From: Acidimicrobiales bacterium
Lineage (GTDB): Bacteria; Actinomycetota; Acidimicrobiia; Acidimicrobiales; VFJN01
Length of the DNA stretch: 61,361 nt
Direction of reading: 5' to 3'
Assembly: GCA_036279475.1 (NCBI GenBank)
Contig: DASUJB010000063.1
Location: 1 to 61,361 of the forward strand
Positions 56,658 through 61,361 of the stretch are shown piece by piece. The position numbers and the translations under genes were made by a program. Numbering within the stretch: the first letter of the stretch is position 1; the number at the start of each line of letters is the position of its first letter. The notes below the pieces were generated by a model, which saw nothing but the letters and a program-made list of their open reading frames with translations, did no database searches and was not told where the DNA came from.

Positions 56658-57934
56658 CAGCGCCGGACGTCCACGCGCTCGTGCTCGGCGAGGCGGAGGC
56701 GGTACTGCTCCACCGTGCGGGCCGCCGTCTGCTTCCACGACCACTGGTCGACGACCCGTTGGCGACCGGCGGCGCCGACGGTGGACCGCAGGTCGTCGCG
56801 CTCGAGGGCCTGGCGCAGGGTGACGGCGAGGGCGTCGCTGTTCCCGGGCTCGACCACGAGGGCCGTCTCGCCGTCGGTGCCCACCACCTCGGGCAGGGCT
56901 CCCCCCGAGGTGGCCACCAGGGGCGTGCCGCACGCCATCGCCTCGATGGCGGGGAGGGAGAAGCCCTCGTAGAGCGACGGCACCACGGCGACCTGGGCCT
57001 CGGCGTACAGCTCGATGATCCGGGCGTCGGGCACGCCGGCCACGAACGTGACGTGGTCCTCCAGGCCCAGCTCCCGGATGGTGGCGTCGGAGCGCCCGCC
57101 CGGCTTGCGCCTGCCGATGACCACCAGGTGGGCGTCGTCGCGCTCCACGCGCAGCTTGGCCAGGGCTTCGAGCAGGTAGCGGAGGCCCTTCATCGTCACG
57201 TCGGCGCTGGCGGTGGTGAGCAGCCGCCCGGGGACCGGGCGCACGTGGGGCAGGGGGCGGAACAGGTCGACGTCGACGCCGACCGGGACGACGGCCATGC
57301 GGTTGGGATCGACCCGGTGGTCGTGGGCGATGTCGTTGAACGAGTTCTCGGACACCGTGATGATCCGGGCCAGGCGGGACGCCACGCGGGTCTGCATGGC
57401 GGTGAACGAGTACCACCGGTGCAGGGTCAGCCGCTCGTACCAACCGGTGGCATGCTCGATCTCGAGCCGGCGGTCGACGGTGATGGGGTGGTGGACCGTG
57501 CTGATGACGGGCAGGCCGGCCCTCTCGAGGGCCAGGAGCCCGTAGCCCAGGCTCTGGTTGTCGTGGACGAGGTCGAAGTCGGCCGTGCGCCGGCGCAGGT
57601 GGCGCCAGGCTCGCAGGCTGAAGGCCAGGGGCTCGGGGAACTGGCCGAACGAGAAGGAGGTGACCTCGGCCAGGTCGGTCCAGTCCTTGAGCTCCCACAG
57701 GCCCGGCATGCGCATGGGGAAGTGGTCGTTGTAGATGTCCAGGCTCGGCAGCTCGACCAGCGGGACCCGGGGGTCCAGCTCGGGGTAGGGCTGGCCGCCC
57801 AGCACCTCGACCCGGTGGCCCTGGTCGACGAGGGCCTTGGCCAGGTGGCGCACGTACACGCCTTGGCCACCGACGTGGGGCTTGCCCCGGTAGGCCAGCA
57901 GCGCGATGCGCAGAGGGGCATCCTCGGCGTGCAT
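56657..57934 (-). CDS. Glycosyltransferase family 4 protein
   Basis: 425 aa from ATG 57934 (SD ggaaagg 9 nt upstream; the ORF also opens at TTG 57943). GGQGVYVRHLAKAL, EGFSLPAIEAMACGTPLV. Confidence 0.8.
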   Translation of the reverse strand: MHAEDAPLRIALLAYRGKPHVGGQGVYVRHLAKALVDQGHRVEVLGGQPYPELDPRVPLVELPSLDIYNDHFPMRMPGLWELKDWTDLAEVTSFSFGQFPEPLAFSLRAWRHLRRRTADFDLVHDNQSLGYGLLALERAGLPVISTVHHPITVDRRLEIEHATGWYERLTLHRWYSFTAMQTRVASRLARIITVSENSFNDIAHDHRVDPNRMAVVPVGVDVDLFRPLPHVRPVPGRLLTTASADVTMKGLRYLLEALAKLRVERDDAHLVVIGRRKPGGRSDATIRELGLEDHVTFVAGVPDARIIELYAEAQVAVVPSLYEGFSLPAIEAMACGTPLVATSGGALPEVVGTDGETALVVEPGNSDALAVTLRQALERDDLRSTVGAAGRQRVVDQWSWKQTAARTVEQYRLRLAEHERVDVRR

Positions 57935-57957
57935 TTCCCGCAACCTTTCCGTCCAGC

Positions 57958-57971
57958 TGACCGCGCGGTCA
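57958..57971. promoter_or_regulatory. Perfect 14-bp palindrome upstream of the GT4 gene (operator candidate)
   Basis: TGACCGCGCGGTCA equals its own reverse complement and lies 24 nt upstream of ATG 57934. Confidence 0.35.
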
Positions 57972-58079
57972 ACACCCCGTGGACCGCGTGCTCTCCTCGG
58001 GCGGGGCGGCGGGGCGTCCCCGCGCGTGGGGCGACAATCTAGCGCCCCGGGGAGCGCCGACCGGCACGGGGCCGGGAGC

Positions 58080-59843
58080 TCACCAACCGCCCGGCCACGG
58101 CCACCTCCTGGGGGGCGGGTGGTCCGGCCCCTCCGTGGTGGTCGTCGCCCGCGGCGTCGTGGTGGTCGTGCGCGAGGGGCCGAGCGGCAGCCGCGGCGCG
58201 GTGGGCGGTGCCGTGGGCCCGGTCGTGGCCCCGGTCCGCCGACCCCGTGGCGCGGTGGTCGTGCTGGTGGCCGTGGACGTGGTGGTCGTGCCGGTGGTCA
58301 GGGGAGTGGTGGTCGCGGACGACGAGGTGGCGGTGGGCAGGGGCGGCTCGGCCACCACGAGCCCGGGGGCGTCGCTCCCGCCGGATCCCGAGACGGCCAG
58401 CCAGCCGCCGGCGGCGACGACGACCGCGGCCGCCAGTGCTCCCCCCACCGCGAGGCGCCGGTCGAACGGTCGGTCCTGGTCGTCGCCGGGCCTCGCCGAC
58501 CGCCGGTTCCGCCAGCGGGCGGCCGAGCGGCCGGGGTGGGGCCGGAAGGGGTCGGTGTCGCTGGTCGTGAGCCGCCGGACCTCGGCAGGGCTCGTCCGTC
58601 CCCACGTCGCCTCGTCCGCGGGCTCCGGATGCGGGTCGTGGGGATCGTCCGCCGGTGGTGGGCGGTCCCGGGGGCGTCGCCCGCCGGACGGCTCGGGGAC
58701 GGACGAGCCCGCTCCGGTTCCCCCGGGCGGGCGGCCGCCCGAATGCGGGAGCAGGTCCGTCGCCGGGGCCGGTGCGGCATCGTCCACGAGGGTGAACAGG
58801 GCAGCGCCCAGCGCCACGACCTGCTCGGGCCGGTCCTCGAGGAGCACGGGACGCCCCAGGCGCCGGGCGAGCACCTCGCCCAGCCGGGGCGTGCGGGCGG
58901 AGCCCCCCACGAGGACGACGGCCGTCAGGTCGGTCGGCGCCAGGCCGGCAGCGTCGGAGGTGGCCACCACGACGTCGGCCACCTCCACCAGCGCCGGCTC
59001 GACCGTGCGCTCGAAGGCGGCCCGGGTGATCTCGACGCCTCCCGGGAGGCCGGGCGTGGGCAGCTCGACCACGGTCGCCTCGTCGGTGGAGAGGCGCTCC
59101 TTGGCGGCGCGGCACGCCGCCCACGACCGCCGCCGGGCGGCGGACAGGGCGACGTCCTCGCCGGGTTCGCCGGGTGGCAGCACCGGGCCCACGGTCCCCT
59201 CCACCAGCGCCAGCACCGCCCGGTCGAGGTCGACGCCCCCGAGGTGGGGCAACCAGGCGGGCCGGCCCACGAGGGCGAACGCTGCCGGTCGCCGGCGGAC
59301 GAGGGTGACGTGGACGGCCGAGCCGCCGGCGTCGACCACGGCCACGAGGGCGTCGTCGCCCAGGTCGAAGCGGGACGAGGCGCGCACGGCCGCCGCCACC
59401 GGGGCGGGCACCAGCGTGGCGGCGTCGCCGAAGGCCCGGGCGGCAGCCTGGGCCATGACGTCCTCGGCGGCCGTGCCGGGCGCCAGGGGGAAGGTGACGG
59501 CCACGTGGTCGGGCCGGGCCCCCGGCGCCGGTGCCGCCCGCTCGGCCGCCACACCCAGGAGGGCGGCGGCCACCCCGACGGGGTCGACCGGCCGCCCGCC
59601 GAGCTCGACGGGCTCTCCCCGGGCCAGGTGGACGAGGGCGTCCCGAGCCACCAGCGTCGGCTCGCGGGGGCAGGCGGCGTCGGCCTCCTCGCCCACGAGC
59701 AGCTCACCGCCGGGCGCCACCATGGCCGCGGCGGGCAGCGCCACCGCGCCGCGGCCGACAGGGCGACCCTCGACGGTCGGACCTCGGCGCCACGCCACCG
59801 TGCAGGTCGTGGTCCCGAGGTCGATCCCCAGGCTGTACCCCAT
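58080..59843 (-). CDS. Hsp70-like ATPase (actin-fold NBD only) with C-terminal Pro-rich linker, single TM helix and Thr/Pro-rich tail
   Basis: 587 aa. [40 protein letters not shown]. There is no DnaK substrate-binding domain. The TM helix is [21 protein letters not shown], followed by [26 protein letters not shown]. Confidence 0.75.
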   Translation of the reverse strand: MGYSLGIDLGTTTCTVAWRRGPTVEGRPVGRGAVALPAAAMVAPGGELLVGEEADAACPREPTLVARDALVHLARGEPVELGGRPVDPVGVAAALLGVAAERAAPAPGARPDHVAVTFPLAPGTAAEDVMAQAAARAFGDAATLVPAPVAAAVRASSRFDLGDDALVAVVDAGGSAVHVTLVRRRPAAFALVGRPAWLPHLGGVDLDRAVLALVEGTVGPVLPPGEPGEDVALSAARRRSWAACRAAKERLSTDEATVVELPTPGLPGGVEITRAAFERTVEPALVEVADVVVATSDAAGLAPTDLTAVVLVGGSARTPRLGEVLARRLGRPVLLEDRPEQVVALGAALFTLVDDAAPAPATDLLPHSGGRPPGGTGAGSSVPEPSGGRRPRDRPPPADDPHDPHPEPADEATWGRTSPAEVRRLTTSDTDPFRPHPGRSAARWRNRRSARPGDDQDRPFDRRLAVGGALAAAVVVAAGGWLAVSGSGGSDAPGLVVAEPPLPTATSSSATTTPLTTGTTTTSTATSTTTAPRGRRTGATTGPTAPPTAPRLPLGPSRTTTTTPRATTTTEGPDHPPPRRWPWPGGW

Positions 59844-59961
59844 CCCTCCCCGCTCCCACCCTGCCGTCGTGACATGGGAATGTAATCACTCGCCGGCCGG
59901 GCGGGAAGTGCCGCGACCGGCGGCACGGCCGCCGCCGTCGTCGGCGTGCCAGGGTGGGACG

Positions 59962-60399
59962 ATGCGGTCCGTTGTGCAGCGGGTGGCCGGGGCGCGGGTC
60001 ACCGTCGACGGCGAGGTGGTGGGGGAGATCGGGGCCGGGCTCTGCGCCCTGGTGGGCGTGGCCCGCGGCGACACCCCGGCGCAGGCCCGGGAGCTGGCGG
60101 GCAAGCTCGCCCACCTGCGAATCCTCGGCGACGACGCCGGGGTCATGAACCGCTCGGTGCTGGACGTGGGGGCGGCAGTGCTCGTGGTCAGCCAGTTCAC
60201 GCTCTACGGCGACACCCGCCGCGGTCGCCGGCCGAGCTGGGCGGCGGCGGCGCGACCGGAGGAGGCGGAGCCGCTCGTCGAGGCGGTCGTCGCCGGGCTA
60301 CGTGGGCTCGGGGTCGAGGTGGCGGCCGGGCGCTTCGGCGCCCACATGCGCGTGGCCCTCGTCAACGACGGGCCGGTCACGCTGGTGCTGGACGTGTGA
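59962..60399 (+). CDS. dtd: D-aminoacyl-tRNA deacylase
   Basis: 145 aa from ATG 59962 within ORF 57979..60399. MRSVVQRV...VSQFTLYGD...NDGPVT. Confidence 0.85.
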   Translation: MRSVVQRVAGARVTVDGEVVGEIGAGLCALVGVARGDTPAQARELAGKLAHLRILGDDAGVMNRSVLDVGAAVLVVSQFTLYGDTRRGRRPSWAAAARPEEAEPLVEAVVAGLRGLGVEVAAGRFGAHMRVALVNDGPVTLVLDV

Positions 60400-61361
60400 G
60401 GGCGGCCGGTCCCGTCGCCGGTGGGCGACCACCCAACCGGCGACCAGGGCCACGATCGCCACGGCCACGCCCGGCCCGTCGCCGAGCCGGGTGGCCAGGG
60501 TCGTGCCCGTCCGCAGCTGGACGGTGCCCTGGAGCACCGCCTGGTCCGAGACCGCGGTGCGCTGGCGGACCGTGCCGTCGGGATCCACCACGGCGCTGAA
60601 GCCCGTGGGCGCCACCTGCAGCAGCCACCGGTCGCTCTCGATCGCCCGCATCCTCGACGTGGCGACCTGTTGCGCCTGCACCAGCGTGCCCGTGAACGAC
60701 GACCCGTTGGTGGGGTTGAGGACCAGTTCGGCACCGTCCTGCACGCCCTCCCGGACGCGGTCGGCGAAGAAGACCTCCCACGAGATGGCCACCGCCAGCT
60801 CGCCGGCCGGTGTCGACAGCTCGGCGGGCCGGCGGCCCACCACGGCGTCGCGGGTGGTGAGGTCCTGGCCGGCGAAGCCCTCGACCAACCACCGGAGGGG
60901 GACGTACTCGCCGAAGGGCACCCGGTGCACCTTGTCGTAGCGGTCGACGAGCTTCCCGTCGGGCGCGAAGGCCGCGGCGTAGTTGGCGAAGGCGCGGGGA
61001 CCGGCGTCCTCCACGACGCCCACGACCAGCGTGGCGCCCAGGTCCTCGGCGAGGGCGGCGAGCTCGCCCCGCTCCCGCGAGGTCCCCAGGTCGTGGACGT
61101 CGACCACGTCCTCGGGCCACACCACCAGGTCGACTGGCCCCTCCACCTCCTCGCTGGCCTCGAGGTGCCGCTCGAACACCTCCCGCTCGTCGGTGTGCCA
61201 CGCCCGCGTGCCCTGCGGCCCGCCCCCCTGGACGAGGGCGACGCGCCGCTCCTCGCCGGTGGCCGACGAGCGGGGCGCCACGGCCGCCACCGCCAGCGCC
61301 GCGGCCACGGCGGCGAGGGCGGCACCGGCAGCCCACCACCGGCGGGCCAGGAGCGCGGCCC
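60298..61361 (-). CDS. lnt: Apolipoprotein N-acyltransferase, C-terminal part (5' end outside the window)
   Basis: CN-hydrolase domain ([20 protein letters not shown], with the Glu-Lys-Cys region apparently altered). A final TM helix is [15 protein letters not shown]. The frame stays open to the window edge, and the 3' tail overlaps dtd by 102 nt. Confidence 0.7.
   Translation of the reverse strand, partial: AALLARRWWAAGAALAAVAAALAVAAVAPRSSATGEERRVALVQGGGPQGTRAWHTDEREVFERHLEASEEVEGPVDLVVWPEDVVDVHDLGTSRERGELAALAEDLGATLVVGVVEDAGPRAFANYAAAFAPDGKLVDRYDKVHRVPFGEYVPLRWLVEGFAGQDLTTRDAVVGRRPAELSTPAGELAVAISWEVFFADRVREGVQDGAELVLNPTNGSSFTGTLVQAQQVATSRMRAIESDRWLLQVAPTGFSAVVDPDGTVRQRTAVSDQAVLQGTVQLRTGTTLATRLGDGPGVAVAIVALVAGWVVAHRRRDRPPSHVQHQRDRPVVDEGHAHVGAEAPGRHLDPEPT

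Noticed and set aside
58080-59843. Canonical DnaK/HscA chaperone.
   Set aside because: No substrate-binding beta-sandwich or lid, no adjacent grpE or dnaJ, and no CIRCE or HAIR element. Only the nucleotide-binding fold is present, so it is reported as Hsp70-like with unknown function.

Overview
This is a very GC-rich, densely coding chromosomal segment of actinobacterial (Actinomycetota) type. About 60 genes can be supported, and most are core metabolism or cell envelope. In order they are: rlmB with an antisense-overlapping tRNA-Thr, DUF3263/LytR_C/otsB/otsA, glycerate kinase, an orphan CysO-like sulfur carrier, CIRCE-controlled groEL, fdhD-ydeP, hemQ, a liv-type ABC transporter, and a translationally coupled alaX/larE-like pair. 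Next come a GlnR-box-controlled amtB-glnK-glnD operon and a minus-strand envelope cluster (pgeF, MurL-like, MurD2-like, small membrane protein, amidohydrolase, GNAT, GT2). That cluster faces an LCP/OatA-like pair. The remaining genes are PAC2, a CBS-citrate synthase fusion, egtB-egtD, prmA, tesB, a GH1 glucosidase, a translationally coupled GT4/methyltransferase/prenyltransferase-like triad beside a membrane-anchored Hsp70-like ATPase, dtd, and the 3' part of lnt. The only clearly accessory or decaying stretch is about 41.8-46.6 kb. It holds a vapBC cassette bracketed by a 55-bp direct repeat that duplicates the 3' end of a GNAT gene. It also holds a multiply frameshifted FAD-oxidoreductase fused to a 5'-truncated, frameshifted sigJ, two hsp20 genes behind an AT-rich promoter, and a DUF62-like remnant. 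I saw no transposase, integrase, CRISPR array or rRNA. The best leads for under-described biology are the extended MurD2/MurL/PgeF operon, the membrane-anchored Hsp70-like protein next to the GT4 triad, the alaX/larE-like pair with an unknown C-terminal domain, and the repeat-bracketed vapBC cassette. All calls come from reading the translated ORFs and motifs from memory. No searches or computations were run, and start codons are best guesses.
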